Part shown: positions 10,973-23,155 of the stretch, in pieces | Layout of the letters: every line of letters starts with the position of its first letter | How positions within the stretch are numbered: position 1 is the first letter of the stretch | Source of the DNA: Rhynchopus sp. YZ270_cl-10 | Taxonomy: Eukaryota | Direction: 5' to 3' | Assembly (NCBI GenBank): GCA_964035575.1 | Contig: OZ037844.1 | Span: 248,001-312,000, forward strand | DNA: 64,000 nucleotides | The notes under the pieces: model-generated | The model's database searches: none | Seen by the model: the letters and a program-made list of their open reading frames with translations, nothing else | Told to the model about the DNA's origin: nothing | Translations under genes and position numbers: made by a program

Positions 10973-11610
10973 TCACGAACACACACACCTACAGCGTTGT
11001 GACTCCGTTGCCACAACAGTTCCTTCCAAGGGGAGGGGACGGGGACGGGGGGGACCATGTTGCAGGGCGTCCTGCTCTGACACCTGCATGTTGATGGCAG
11101 CAATGTCGAGCACCGAGGTGACGCTTCCGACAACGACCAGCCTGCGCCCGTCTGTCGAGGCATGCACAGACCACACGAAGCCGACGTCGATGCGTCCCAT
11201 GGGGGCTCCACTGCGTGCGTCCCACTGCTGCACACTCGTGGTAGAGGCCGTGAAGAGGTATCGCGAGCACGCACTGAAACAGGCACCATTTAAAGTGTCT
11301 TCTCCACCGGGCAGTGTGCAGAGGGCCTGCCCGGAGACGATGTCAATGGTGCCGACGGCGCGCTTGTCGCAGCTCAACACTGCAACTGCAAGGCTTGCGT
11401 CGGGAGAAAACGATGGTCGCAACATAGCTACCCAGCACAGCCTTGTCTCCACACGGTGAACCACACGCAGCTCAGGGGTGTCCAGACGGCACACCACAGT
11501 GGTCGGGTCTCTGTTGCTCAATAACAGCGTCTCGCAGGGTGACACTGCAAAGCAGTATCCACAGTGATCAATGGTGCGCATCTTCACCCCCTCGCAGGAG
11601 TACTGTACTA
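10973..11610 (-). CDS. WD40/beta-propeller-like protein or fragment, 5' end abutting an ankyrin relic
   Basis: FAVSPC, SFSPDAS, ACFSACSRYLFTAS..VQQWDARSG and VWSVHASTDGRRLVV resemble WD40 blades. Confidence 0.55.
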
Positions 11611-12921
11611 GTGTAGTGTCCATGATGTGCCGCAAAAACAGTTGTGATATCATTGTCGTCCACCATACTCACGTCCACACCTGCTTCCACCAACATCTGC
11701 ACAATTTCGCGTTTTTCTTCAGCACAGTGAGGGGTAATGTCATCGATATTTGTCTGTGACACACACGTCCGCACCTGCTCTGACCAACACCTCCACAACA
11801 CGGGGATTCCCACGACGGCTCGCCACGAGGAGTGGCGAACGTCCGTGGTTGTGCCTAATCTCAATGTCTGCCCCTGCATCAATGAGCAGCTGCACCACAT
11901 CTTCACCAGGCTTCTCAACTGCTGCGAGCAACGAGGTGTAGCCATCCTCAGCCTTGTGACTCACGTCGACCTGCGCAAAACCCACAAGATAGCGCACAGT
12001 CTCAGTGTGTCCAAATATTGCAGCAAGCAAAAGACCTGTACATCCACTCCTTTGTGTGGCACGCAATTCGGCACCTGCTGCCACCAACATCTTCACACTA
12101 CGGAGTTCACCATTCTGGCTAGAAAGCAGAAGAGGTGTCCATAAGTCCTTGTTCCTTGTCTCGATGTTTGCCCCTGCATCAATAAGAACCTTCACCATAT
12201 CTGGGTGGTTTTGACCTACTGCACAGGACAACGCAGACCAGTCGTCACCACCTTTGTAATTCACTTTAACATCCTGCAAGCCCTTCAAACCAACAAGATA
12301 GCGCACAGTCTCGGTGTGTCCAAAAAATGCCGCATGAATAAGACATGTGTTTCCGAAGTTGCACGTACCACACACTTCCGCACCTGCTGCCACCAACATC
12401 TTCACAACTGCAAGTGCTCCTGAACGGCAAGACCAGAGCAGAGGTGAACGTCCATCCTCATCCTTTGTCTCGATGTCTGCCCCTGCATCAATGAGCACCT
12501 GACACACTGCAGGGTCCTCCCACATGGCTGGACAGGCACGGTCATTCTTGTCCTCCTGCCCGTGTGGGACAAACGCGACGTTGCTGCAGACTGACTTCCA
12601 ATGCTGCAAGAGGACCTCCGTGCACGCAGTGTGGTCTGCGTGGATGCACTCACTCAGCAGCATCCCGAAGCCCATCTGCGTTGTCTCAACATACGGAAGA
12701 AGCAGTGCGAGGCATTCATCGTGGTTCCCTCTGCATGCCTCGTGCACAGCATCGAAGGCAACCGTTTTGCTGTCTGTGTCTGGGCTGAGCTTCTCAAGTC
12801 CCACCCGCACGGCAGTCGTGTCGCCGTTCCTGGCAGCCTCCACCAAGACCTCGTCTGCAGAAAGCGTTCTTCTCTTTGGTGCCTTCTCGTCAGGTGTGCT
12901 GTCTGCGTGTCGCTTCGACAT
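11610..12921 (-). pseudogene. Ankyrin family copy A3; ORF 11740-12921 truncated by deletion/frameshift
   Basis: Intact head and two modules, then stop after VTDKYR. A degraded tail continues to ~11610. Confidence 0.8.
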
Positions 12922-13542
12922 GGTTTGTGAAGATGTTGATATTCAATGTTGTGTCTTTTATGCTGTTTCTTTTTGTGGAGGTTGTGAGGTGAGTGGTGGG
13001 TGTCCCTGAACTGCCTCCACACCTGACAAGCACAGCCACAGTGGAAACGTGTGGTGTGGAAGTCTCCCTCCTGAGGGTGGTGGTGGGAATCTATCTGCCT
13101 TGAGACGAGGAGGTGAGGGAGGGGGTCGGTAAGATAAAAACATCATTCAGTCTTGTTCATGTTCATAATGTATTTGCATACCCCAGCCCTCCCCACTCAG
13201 TAAGATTATGAACGGGAAAGAGAATGCACGTTATGAACAAACCCCGTTCATATTGTGGTCATCCTACTAAGTGTGAACGAGTCCTCTCGCTTCTCTGAAG
13301 GTGGCCATTTGACACCTTCTGTGGTGTTCCTGACACCCTGCTATTTCGTAGCACGTTCGGTGCTTTTTGGGGTAAAATCACAAACACCATTCTACTGAAG
13401 CTTTTTTATGCGAGTCATTCATATCGGAACCGCAATGTTGGGGAACCGGTCATTCTTGAACTCCCTCCGTATCGTATGAAACGAAAATAGCGAGTGAATC
13501 GATTGGGTAACCTGGGTGACCCTTATATTCGGCCTCCGCCCC

Positions 13543-14181
13543 TGTAACAACAAGATGTGTTGTGATATTGTTGTCGTCCACCACACACACGTCCACACCT
13601 GCTTCCAGCAACCTCCGCCCAATTTCGCGTTTTCCATCAGCACAGTGAAAGGTATGATTTCCTCGATATCCGTTGCCTCAACCGACTGCCCCTGTATCAA
13701 TGAGCAGCTGCACAACATCTGAGTGCTTCTTTGCCATTGCGCGGTGCAGTGAAGTGAAGCCCCTGGTATTTGCCTTATTCACGTCCACCTCAGGCATGCA
13801 CAGAAGAGTACGCACAGTCTCGGTGTGTCCTTTGTCAGCCGCAAGTGTAAGACACGTGTCTCCTTTGTTGTCTGTGACACACAAGTCCGCTCCTGCTTTG
13901 AGCAACACCTCCACAACACGGAGATTCCCACACTCGCTCGCCAAGAGGAGTGGCGAACGTCTGTCGCTGCGGTTAACCTCAATATCTGCCCCTGCATCAA
14001 TGAGCACCTCCACCACATCTGCACCCGGCTCCTCAACTGCTGCGAGTAACGAGGTGAAGCCTTTCTTATCCGTATGATTCACATCAACCTGGGGCAAACC
14101 AACAAGATAGCGCACAGTCTCGGTGTGTCCATGATATGCAGCAAGAATAAGAGATGTAGCTCCCTTCCTTGTCGTCGCCAT
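13543..14181 (-). pseudogene. Ankyrin fragment A4 (3' part only), close duplicate of the A2 tail
   Basis: Matches ~8166-8795, including the same LIDTGAVG* lesion. Cut at 14181 by TE-like sequence. Confidence 0.85.
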
Positions 14182-17100
14182 AATTACACGGCTGACATTT
14201 TTGGTCGCAAATCGCTAACGATTCATAATTACACGCTTGGTAATAATTACACGCTCCCAGATTATAATTTTTGGTTCTTCCTGAAGGATTTGTACACGAG
14301 TCAAAAATTGCACGATAAAGGGGGGTCCGTAAGTTTGTGTATTAGTGTGTAAAATTTCCGGCCCTTTTGGGTGAAAAAAAAAAAGGGTGAGGGGAGTTGG
14401 GTCCAGTCATAGGGGGTATAGCATATTTTTTGGAAAATTCTTCAAAAAAGCAAGGATTTTTGCTGAGCACAATGAAATTTTCAGAAAAATCCCAATTTTC
14501 GGCCAAATTTGGAGCAAATTAGGGCCCACACACCCCGATTTTGGGTCAAAAACCGACTTCATTGCTCAGGAGTGCCTACGATTACGTAAACCAAAGGTCC
14601 TCTGGATGCATGCATTGATAAACACAACACTGGAAATTGCAAGGAACGGGTCTGCATGCGTGTTCTCTAGCCACTACAGTCACAGGGTATGCACAAAATG
14701 ACCGTATTGTGGTTGAATTTTGACTTGCAAATGTTTTTCACGAACATGTATTTCTGAGGTTTTTTGGATTCTTTGGGCCATTTTATGACTTCGGGTGCCT
14801 ACCACGCCCGTTTTTGAGCAATAAAAATTTTTTTGTCTCGTCAAAAATCGCCTTGTACTTGTGAAAGGAATTGCTAAGGAAATGTGAAATATGTGTGTTT
14901 TTGTACACAAAAGTGCGTTTTGGATGCTTCTGAAGGGTCAAAACACCAAAATTTTGCGTTTTTTTTGCGTTTTTGATCTCCCAAGGACACACTATTTTCG
15001 GTGAATTTTTTTGTGAAAAAAAACTGAAAAATCACGGCTATAAGAACGCTAAGGAAAAATCGATATTCATTTTTTTGGGCAGAAAAGTGCGTTTTAGGTG
15101 CCCACCGATGGTCAAAACATCATTTTTTTTTTGTGTTTTTGGCATCTTTGGACACCCAAGGACCCACTATCGGGGTGATTTTTTTTCCCCTGAGATTTGC
15201 CTTTGCCAAAATCGAAAAAAAAAAAAATTGTGACGGAATTTGCTAAGGAAAAGTCGAAATTGTGGGCCCCTGTAGTAATGCATAAGGTGCATAATGCATA
15301 TGTTTACCCCCAGATCGTCAAAACACCCGATTTTTGCGTTTTTTTGCACTTTTTGGTGCCCAAAAACCCAACTCAGGGGTCGAAATTTTCCCGAAAAAAA
15401 AAATTTTTTTTTTTGAGATTTTTTGATTTTTTGACAAGGCGCTGTCCCATACAAAATGCACTGGTGGTACAGAAAATGACTGGGGAATTAACTCTAGATG
15501 CTCAAAACAGCCCAATTCTTGCTTTTTTTGACTTTTTGGTCCCAGAAGGGTACCTAGGGTGTAGTGAGCAGGCCTCAAAAACACTTGTGAAAAAAAAAAA
15601 AATTGGGGGCTCCCTAAAACATGTTAAAAAATCGCAAAAAAGTTCAAAAAGTGTTTTTTACCTTTGCCAAAACTGAGATACAAAGGGGAAAAAAATGTTT
15701 TTTGCCAGCCAAAACTGGGAAAAACACATGTTTTCGTATGTTTTCAAATGTTTACGGACCCTCGGACTACGGACCCTCCCACCCCACTTTCCAGCTATTT
15801 TGACTTATAGAAAGGGACTCTCGCAAATTTTTTTTTCCGCCTATATAGGGCTAATTTCGACGATTTGAGGCCGTTAAAACCAGAATTTGACACTTTTGAG
15901 CATCTGTGGGGGTCTAAAACGTGGTTTCGCGCACCCGAAATTTCGTGGTTTTTACTTAGGAAAATGCCCATTTCAACCCAAATTTTCGGTTTTTCTGGCC
16001 CGAAAGTCCAAAAAAAAAGCGCCGGGGGCTTCGCCCCCCGAACCCCCCATTGGGGGGCGTAAAGCATACGCCCCCCAGACCCCCCTATGCAATTGGGGGC
16101 CTGCGGCGCAGTTCGGAGCTCTTGGTCATACCGAACTGGAATGTTAAATGAGGATGTTATTGTGCTTGCAGCGTTGTTCCTTGCCATCATGCGGCATCAG
16201 ACCTCATGAAGCAGAACACTACGGTGTACACATCGGTGGAGGATTTTATCGACGTGACGTGGAACACGGACGACGTCTGGCATTTACGGGTTCAGTACAA
16301 GTGTGAGCAGTGCGAACGCACTAACGATTTTGCGACGAGGCGGCAGCGATACCTTTCTCCTCTTCCCGGTGCAGGGTGGATCCTTATTTTCGCTGAAAAT
16401 CCGAGATTTTTTTTCGTTTTATTTTCCTCTCCTGTTTTTGAGATTTTCCCGCGCAGGCCTGACGCTAACTTTAGGGTTTTTAGGAAATCGTGGGGTGTTG
16501 ATGGTGTGTCCGCGAGCGCAGCGAGTCGAAAAATTGAGTGACCGTTGGAAAAGAAAACGAACAAGCAGGTTGGGACCTGTACTGAGGCAGAATAGTGGTG
16601 TTTTTTTACACATCTCATCTATCGCAGAACTAAACCCCAGGGGAATATAGGTTTTGGGGGTTTTCGCTGAAACTCGGTCATTACTCGGTCGAGCCCAACC
16701 CAGCTCGTTCGGGCCTCCGGCAGAATGTGAGAATTCCTCGATTATCCTACTGCGGAGTTCGACACTACATTGCTATTTGCAATGGGCACACGCAGTATCA
16801 GTAATCTCAATACATTTACAAAAGAAACGGCGGTCATGGCACCCATGGCGAAGCAACGGTACGCAACATTTCTAAAAATTGCGCTCAAATTGCACGTTTT
16901 TAGTGCCAAACTATGTCACGCGAAGGGTGGGTTGCAAGCTTGCGCCGAAGGCGTACGGTGCGCTACTTTTATTCTCTCGCCATACTGCATGCTTCCTTTT
17001 CCTTCGGCGTTTGACCCCAATTAAATCGCGTTCTGTACTGCGCCCTCTGATAAGGGTAGTACTTTCTAGAAACATTCTGAAGTCTGTTTTTGACACACAA

Positions 17101-17810
17101 TCGGGGTGGGTGGGCCATAATTTTCTCCACCAGTCGAAAATTGGGATTTTTCTGAAATTTGCATTGTGCCCAGCAAAAATCGTCGTTTTTTTGAAGAATT
17201 TTCCAAAAAATATGCTATACCCCCTATGACTGGACCCAACTCCCCTCACTATTTTTTCCCTCTTTTTTGACCCAGAAACCACGCGCTTTTTGAACCTTTT
17301 TATCCAAAATACTCCTTTTTAGGGAGCCCCCATTGGGTTTTTTTTTTTGAGATTTTTTTAAAAATCGACTTGTCTTTGGTAAAAATCACGAAATTTTGGG
17401 TTCGCGGAACCGCGTTTTAGACCCCCCTAGATGCTCAAAAGTGCCAAATTTTGCTTTTAATGGCCTCAAATCGTCGAAATTAGCCCAATATAGGGGCAAA
17501 AAAAAATTCGAGGGTCTAGGTATGGAGAGCGAGCACCTTAGAAGGAATCGTACGTAAATTTTTGTGTGTACAATTGTACACCCGGTCTGCCGGTCTTTTT
17601 CGAGGGTGGGTAGGACCGGCCCTTATAGCCGGTAATCCTTAAGAGCCGGTCTTTTTACGGACCCTAAAGACCGGCTAAAGACCGGCTATACACACTAATT
17701 ACGTGTCTGGTCGTTGCCGGTCTATTTACGGATCCCCCAAAAAAAAAATTTTTTTTTTTTTGAGATTTTTGAAAAATCGGCCGATTTTGCGACCAAATTT
17801 GGCTGGGGAA
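14182..17810. mobile_element. Composite non-autonomous inverted-repeat (foldback/MULE-like) insertion
   Basis: Inverted pairs ~14370-14560/~17079-17275, ~15820-15958/~17378-17512, ~15595-15620/~17316-17345 and ~14205-14225/~17782-17800. No long ORF and no TSD found. Confidence 0.7.
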
Positions 17811-17874
17811 TTTCGGCGACCAAAGGGTCCCCCCTTTGGAAAAAAAACGAAATCGACCAAAAAAGGTACTAGTA

Positions 17875-18009
17875 CCCTAACATTTCGGTTTTTTTCGGTT
17901 TTCATTTCATTTTTTTCGGTTTTTCTGGTACAAGGGGAAATTTCCCTTTGCGAAAAAAAAAAAAAACGAAATGGACCGAATTACACCGAATTGGACCGAA
18001 CAGTTAGGG
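17875..18009. mobile_element. 135-bp MITE with TA target duplication (Tc1/mariner-type)
   Basis: TA|CCCTAACATTTCGGT ... ACCGAACAGTTAGGG|TA, TIR matches 13/15. Confidence 0.7.
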
Positions 18010-18205
18010 TACCTCCATTTATATATTTTGATTTTTTTTGCATTTTTAGGCTGATTGACGTAGCCCATTTTTCCTTTTTTACCACCGATTTAAACCGATC
18101 AACCGCTCATTACAACCGAGAAATTATTACCAGGCGGGAAAAAAAACTTTGAGTGCCCGTAAAAAGAAAAAATCCTGGGAAAACCCCCAAAAAATACATG
18201 GAGTT

Positions 18206-19813
18206 TCATTCTTCTGCACCGTGCTTGAGGAGAACCTGCTCCACATCTGCATGTTGTTTCTGCCTCGCATGGTGCAATGCAGTGTTGCCCAACAAATCCC
18301 TGTGGTTCACGTCCACCTTGTTCAAACCAACAAGATAGCGCACAGTCTCGGTGTGTCCATAATATGCCGCAACGGTAAGACATGTGTCTCCATCGCAGTC
18401 TGTGGCACACACGTCCGCACCTACTTTGATCCACATCTTAACAACTTCGAGTGCCCCAACCTCACAAGCACAGTGAAGGGGTGAGTACATCTCATCGTCC
18501 TTCGCCTCGATGTCTGCCCCTGCATCAATGAGCACCTGCACCATATCAGGGTGGTTCTTTAACACTGCGCCGTGCAGTGGAGTCAAGCCCCTGGTATTTG
18601 ACTGATTCACATCCACCTCAGGCATGCACAGAAGAGTACGCACAGTCTCGGTGTGTCCATTGGCAGACGCAAGGGCAAGACATGTGTTTCCTTCGTTATC
18701 TGCGACACACACTCCCGCACCTGCTTTGACCAACACCCTCACAACTGCGAGTGCTCCTGAACGGCAAGCCAAGAGCAAGGGCGAACGTCCCGCCGTGTCC
18801 TTTACCTCCACATCTGCCCCTGCATCAATGAGCACCTCCACCACATCGGGATGCTTTTCAGCTGCAGCGAGCAACGCAGTGCAGCCGGCACTATCCTTGT
18901 GATTCACGTCCACTTCCGGCAAGCCCACAAGATAGCGCACAGTCTCGGTGTGTCCAAAATATGACGCAAGGGTAAGACATGTGTCTCCATCGTTGTCTGT
19001 GACACACACGTCCGCACCTGCTTCGACCAACACCTTCACAACTGAGAGTCCCCCTTCTATGCTGGCGACGAGCAGAGGAGAACGTCCCTCCTCGTCCCTT
19101 GCATCGATACCTGCCCCAACTGCAGAGTGCAACGCAGAACAGCAGTTGTCAGCATTGTGGTTCACATCCACCTCAGGCAAGCCCACAAGATAGCGCACAG
19201 TCTCGGTGCGTCCATGATATGCCGCAAGAATAAGACATGTGTCTCCAGTGTTGTCTGTGACACACACGTCCGCACCTGCTTCCACCAACACCTTCACCAC
19301 AGGGAGTACTCCTGAACCGCAAGACCAGTGCAGAGGCGACCGTCCCATGTCGTCCTTTGTCTCGATGTCTGCCCCTGCATCAATGAGCACCTGACACACT
19401 GCAGGGTCCTCCCACATGGCTGGACAGGGTAGGTCTTCTTCGTCCTCCTGCCCGTGTGGGACAAACGCAACGTTGCTGCAGACTGACTTCCAATGCTGCA
19501 AGAGGACCTCCGTGCACGCAGTGTGGTCTGCGTGGATGCACTCACTCAGCAGCATCCCGAAGCCCATCTGCGTTGTCTCAACATAAGGAAGAAGCAGTGC
19601 GAGGCATTCATCGTGGTTCCCTCTGCATGCCTCGTGCACAGCATCGAAGGCAACCTTTTTGCTGTCTGTGTCTGGGCTGAGCTTCTCAAGTCCCACCCGC
19701 ACGGCAGTCGTGTTGCCGTTCCTGGCAGCCTCCACCAAGACCGAGTCTGCAGAAAGCTTTCTTCTCTTTGGTGCCTTCTCGTCAGGTGTGCTGTCTGCGT
19801 GTCGCTTCGACAT
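18206..19813 (-). CDS. Ankyrin family copy A5 (535 aa)
   Basis: Complete ORF with family head, modules and KHGAEE tail. Confidence 0.93.
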   Translation of the reverse strand: MSKRHADSTPDEKAPKRRKLSADSVLVEAARNGNTTAVRVGLEKLSPDTDSKKVAFDAVHEACRGNHDECLALLLPYVETTQMGFGMLLSECIHADHTACTEVLLQHWKSVCSNVAFVPHGQEDEEDLPCPAMWEDPAVCQVLIDAGADIETKDDMGRSPLHWSCGSGVLPVVKVLVEAGADVCVTDNTGDTCLILAAYHGRTETVRYLVGLPEVDVNHNADNCCSALHSAVGAGIDARDEEGRSPLLVASIEGGLSVVKVLVEAGADVCVTDNDGDTCLTLASYFGHTETVRYLVGLPEVDVNHKDSAGCTALLAAAEKHPDVVEVLIDAGADVEVKDTAGRSPLLLACRSGALAVVRVLVKAGAGVCVADNEGNTCLALASANGHTETVRTLLCMPEVDVNQSNTRGLTPLHGAVLKNHPDMVQVLIDAGADIEAKDDEMYSPLHCACEVGALEVVKMWIKVGADVCATDCDGDTCLTVAAYYGHTETVRYLVGLNKVDVNHRDLLGNTALHHARQKQHADVEQVLLKHGAEE

Positions 19814-19879
19814 GGTTTTTCAAGATGCTGATATTCAATGTTGTGTCTGTTATGCTGTTTCATTTTGTGGAGGTTGTGA

Positions 19880-20180
19880 GTGCATTGAACAAATGAGAGG
19901 AAGTAGGTGGTGGTCGCAATGTGGAAGCAAGAAGAATCTTAAGAGGCTCGCAGTAGCATTTTGTCTGACCCTGAGAGGGATGCAGTTGCGACGGCCATGT
20001 GCACACTGTCCGCAACCGCTTAGGGAACGCCAATGCTAGCAACCTTCCCGGTTTGTACTACAGCAAGCGAGGGCTCAACGACACTGGCACAGTAATAACT
20101 TACTGGACATCAGTGCTGGAGGAGGTTGAGCAGGGAGGTGAGACTGAAGACGAAAAGAAAGCAGCAAAGAATAAAAAAAA
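19880..20180 (+). mobile_element. Degenerate 3' fragment of a second hAT-type transposase (copies at ~22424-22640 and partial ~24610-24700)
   Basis: WWSQCGSKKNLKRLAVAFCLT...(frameshift)...HTVRNRLGNANASNLPGLYY resembles the hAT dimerisation domain WW...L..LA...H..RNRL...L..Y. Confidence 0.55.
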
Positions 20181-20695
20181 GTGGGGACATGTTCAATAAA
20201 GCTGGAATTGTTGTTTTGGGAGTGGGGAAATAGTGCAAAACTACGGCAATATTGAGAAGGGGGTGGGTCCCGTACCCCCAATCACCATCTGAACTTTTTC
20301 AAAATAGGGTAGGGTAAATCTGACTATTCCCCTTTTTTTTTCGTTCGCGAGTTTGTTTTGCGCCTTCCGCAGCTTAAACTTTTTTTTCGGTATCACTTGT
20401 GATACAGTTTCCATGGATAGACATGAAAAGGGGCAGCACACAGGTGGTTCCGTGCTGGTCTTTCCACACTGCCCCCTTCCCGCGCCCAGGGGGTGCGCAA
20501 GGGGGTGCGCACGCACCCCCTCAAGAAAAATCACTGCCCGAAACCCCAATCCCAATCCACTATTAGATAAATACCTGCATTTGTCCCAATAATAATGAAA
20601 TGCACTTCTTTTGCCTTATGCCCCCGTAAGCCAAAGCCCCGAATCCAAGAAGAAAGAATCCTGGAACACCATGAAAAAAATAATATTATGTAGTA

Positions 20696-22357
20696 TCATT
20701 CTTCTGCACCGTGCTTGAGGAGAACTTCCACCACATCTGCACGTTGTTCCTGCCTCGCATGGTGCAACGCAGTGTAGCCCATCAAATTTCTGTGGTTCAC
20801 GTTCACATCCTTCAAACCCACAAGATAGCGCACAGTCTCGGTGTGTCCATGATCTGCTGCAACGGTAAGACACACGTCACCTTCGAAGTCTATGGCACAC
20901 ACGTCCGCACCTGCTTTGTTCAACATCTTAACAACTTCGAGTTCCCCAACCTCACAAGCACAGTGAAGGGGTCTGTAAGACATCTCATCGTCCTTCGCCT
21001 CGATGTCTGCCCCTGCATCAATGAGCAGCTGCACCACAGCAAAGTGCTTCTTTAACACTGCGAAGTGCAGTGAAGTTATGCCCCTGGTACTAGAGTGATT
21101 CATGTCCACCTCAGGCAAACCGACAAGATACTGCACAGTCTCCGTATGTCCCTGATGTGCCGCAGACATAAGACATCTGTCCCCTTTGTTGTCTGTGACA
21201 CACACATCAGCACCTGCTTTGACTAACACATTCACAGCTGCGAGTGCTCCTGAACGGCAAGCCAAGTGCAAGGGCGAACGCCCCACCGTGTCCTTTACCT
21301 CCACATCTGCCCCTGCATCAATGAGCACCTGCACCACATCGGGATGCTTTTCAGCTGCAGCGAGCAACGCAGTGTAGCCGGCATTACCTTTGTGATTCAC
21401 ATCCACCTCCGGCAAGCCCGCAAGATAGCGCACAGTCTCCGTGCGTCCAAAATATGAAGCAAGGATAAGACACGTGTCTCCATTGTCGTCTGTGACACGC
21501 ACTTCCGCACCTGCTTCCACCAACACCTTCAGCACATGGAGTGCTCCTGAACGGCAAGACCAGAGCAGAGGCGAACGTCCCATGCCGCCCTTTGCTTCGA
21601 TGTCTGCCCCTGCATCAATGAGCAGTTGCACCACATCTGAGTGATTCTCATCAGCTGCAGCGAGCAACGCAGTGGAGCCATTATCCTTGTAATTCACGTC
21701 CACCTCCCGCAAGCCCACAAGATAGCGCACAGTCTCGGTGTGTCCAAGATATGCAGCAAGGGTAAGGCACGTGTCTCCATTGTTGTCTGTGACACGCACT
21801 TCCGCACCTGCTTCGACCAACACCTTCACCACAGGGAGTACTCCTGAACCGCAAGACACGTGTAGAGGCGAACGTCCCATGTCGTCCTTTGTCTCGATGT
21901 CTGCCCCTGCATCAATAAGCACCTGACACACTGCAGGGTCCTCCCACATGGCTGGACAGGGACGATGTGTATCACTGTCGTTGTCTACCTTGTGCCCGTG
22001 TGGGACAAACGCAACGTTGCTGCAGACTGACTTCCAATGCTGCAAGAGGACCTCCGTGCACGCAGTGTGGTCTGCGTGGATGCACTCACTCAGCAGCATC
22101 CCGAAGCCCATCTGCGTTGTCTCAACATACGGAAGAAGCAGTGCGAGGCATTCATCGTGGTTCCCTCTGCATGCCTCGTGCACAGCATCGAAAGCAACCG
22201 TTTTGCTGTCTGTGTCTGGGCTGAGCTTCTCAAGTCCCGCCCGCACGGCAGTCGTGTCGCCGTTCCTGGCAGCCTCCACCAAGACCGAGTCTGCAGAAAG
22301 CTTTCTTCTCTTTGATGCCTTCTCGTCAGGTGTGCTGTCTGCGTGTCGCTTCGACAT
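20696..22357 (-). CDS. Ankyrin family copy A6 (553 aa)
   Basis: Complete ORF. Confidence 0.93.
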   Translation of the reverse strand: MSKRHADSTPDEKASKRRKLSADSVLVEAARNGDTTAVRAGLEKLSPDTDSKTVAFDAVHEACRGNHDECLALLLPYVETTQMGFGMLLSECIHADHTACTEVLLQHWKSVCSNVAFVPHGHKVDNDSDTHRPCPAMWEDPAVCQVLIDAGADIETKDDMGRSPLHVSCGSGVLPVVKVLVEAGAEVRVTDNNGDTCLTLAAYLGHTETVRYLVGLREVDVNYKDNGSTALLAAADENHSDVVQLLIDAGADIEAKGGMGRSPLLWSCRSGALHVLKVLVEAGAEVRVTDDNGDTCLILASYFGRTETVRYLAGLPEVDVNHKGNAGYTALLAAAEKHPDVVQVLIDAGADVEVKDTVGRSPLHLACRSGALAAVNVLVKAGADVCVTDNKGDRCLMSAAHQGHTETVQYLVGLPEVDMNHSSTRGITSLHFAVLKKHFAVVQLLIDAGADIEAKDDEMSYRPLHCACEVGELEVVKMLNKAGADVCAIDFEGDVCLTVAADHGHTETVRYLVGLKDVNVNHRNLMGYTALHHARQEQRADVVEVLLKHGAEE

Positions 22358-23155
22358 GGTTTTTAAAGATGTTGATATTCAATGTTGTGTTTTTTATGCT
22401 GTTTCTTTTTGTGGAGGTTGTGAGTGCATTGAACAATGAGAGGAAGTAGGTGGTGGTCGCAATGTGGAAGCAAGAAGAATCTTAAGAGGCTCGCAGTAGC
22501 ATTTTGTCTGACCCTGAGAGGGATGCAGTTGCGACGGCCATGTGCACACTGTCCGCAACCGCTTAGGGAACGCCAATGCTAGCAACCTTCCCGGTTTGTA
22601 CTACAGCAAGCGAGAGCTCAACGACACTGGCACAGTAACGAATTCAAAGAATATATCCTGGAACACCATCAAAAAAAAAAGTGAAGTTGATAGTGCAAAC
22701 GCCTCTGGGACGCAGGCACTGACACTCCGCGGGTTATCGAACCCCGGAGTGTTGCGCTTCGGTGTGGTTTACAGGGAAGCTGTAAGCAGGTATACAGTCA
22801 TTACCCCACCCTGACCTGGAAGGGGGGACAACATGATTTAGAGATTCAAGAAAAGCACGTGTTTTAGCACACAACACTGGGCGTCTGCTGAATCCGATGA
22901 GCGCCGGGGCGCCGACGGAACGGAGGGAGTGCACACGATCCTTCTTCACACCAGGGAATGGGGCGCGGCGGAGTTTCGCTGTTAAAGCTCGCATGTTCGC
23001 CTTGACGATGAGCCTTTGCATGACCCGCCCACGCTCGCGGATATTAGAGGTCCGTTTGGCGAGGAAGACCCTTGTGCGCAATTCGAAGTCGACCGCGAGC
23101 TCGACACACGACACGTCGCGGGGTTCTCGAGCGTAATCACCATGTGAACCGAGTT

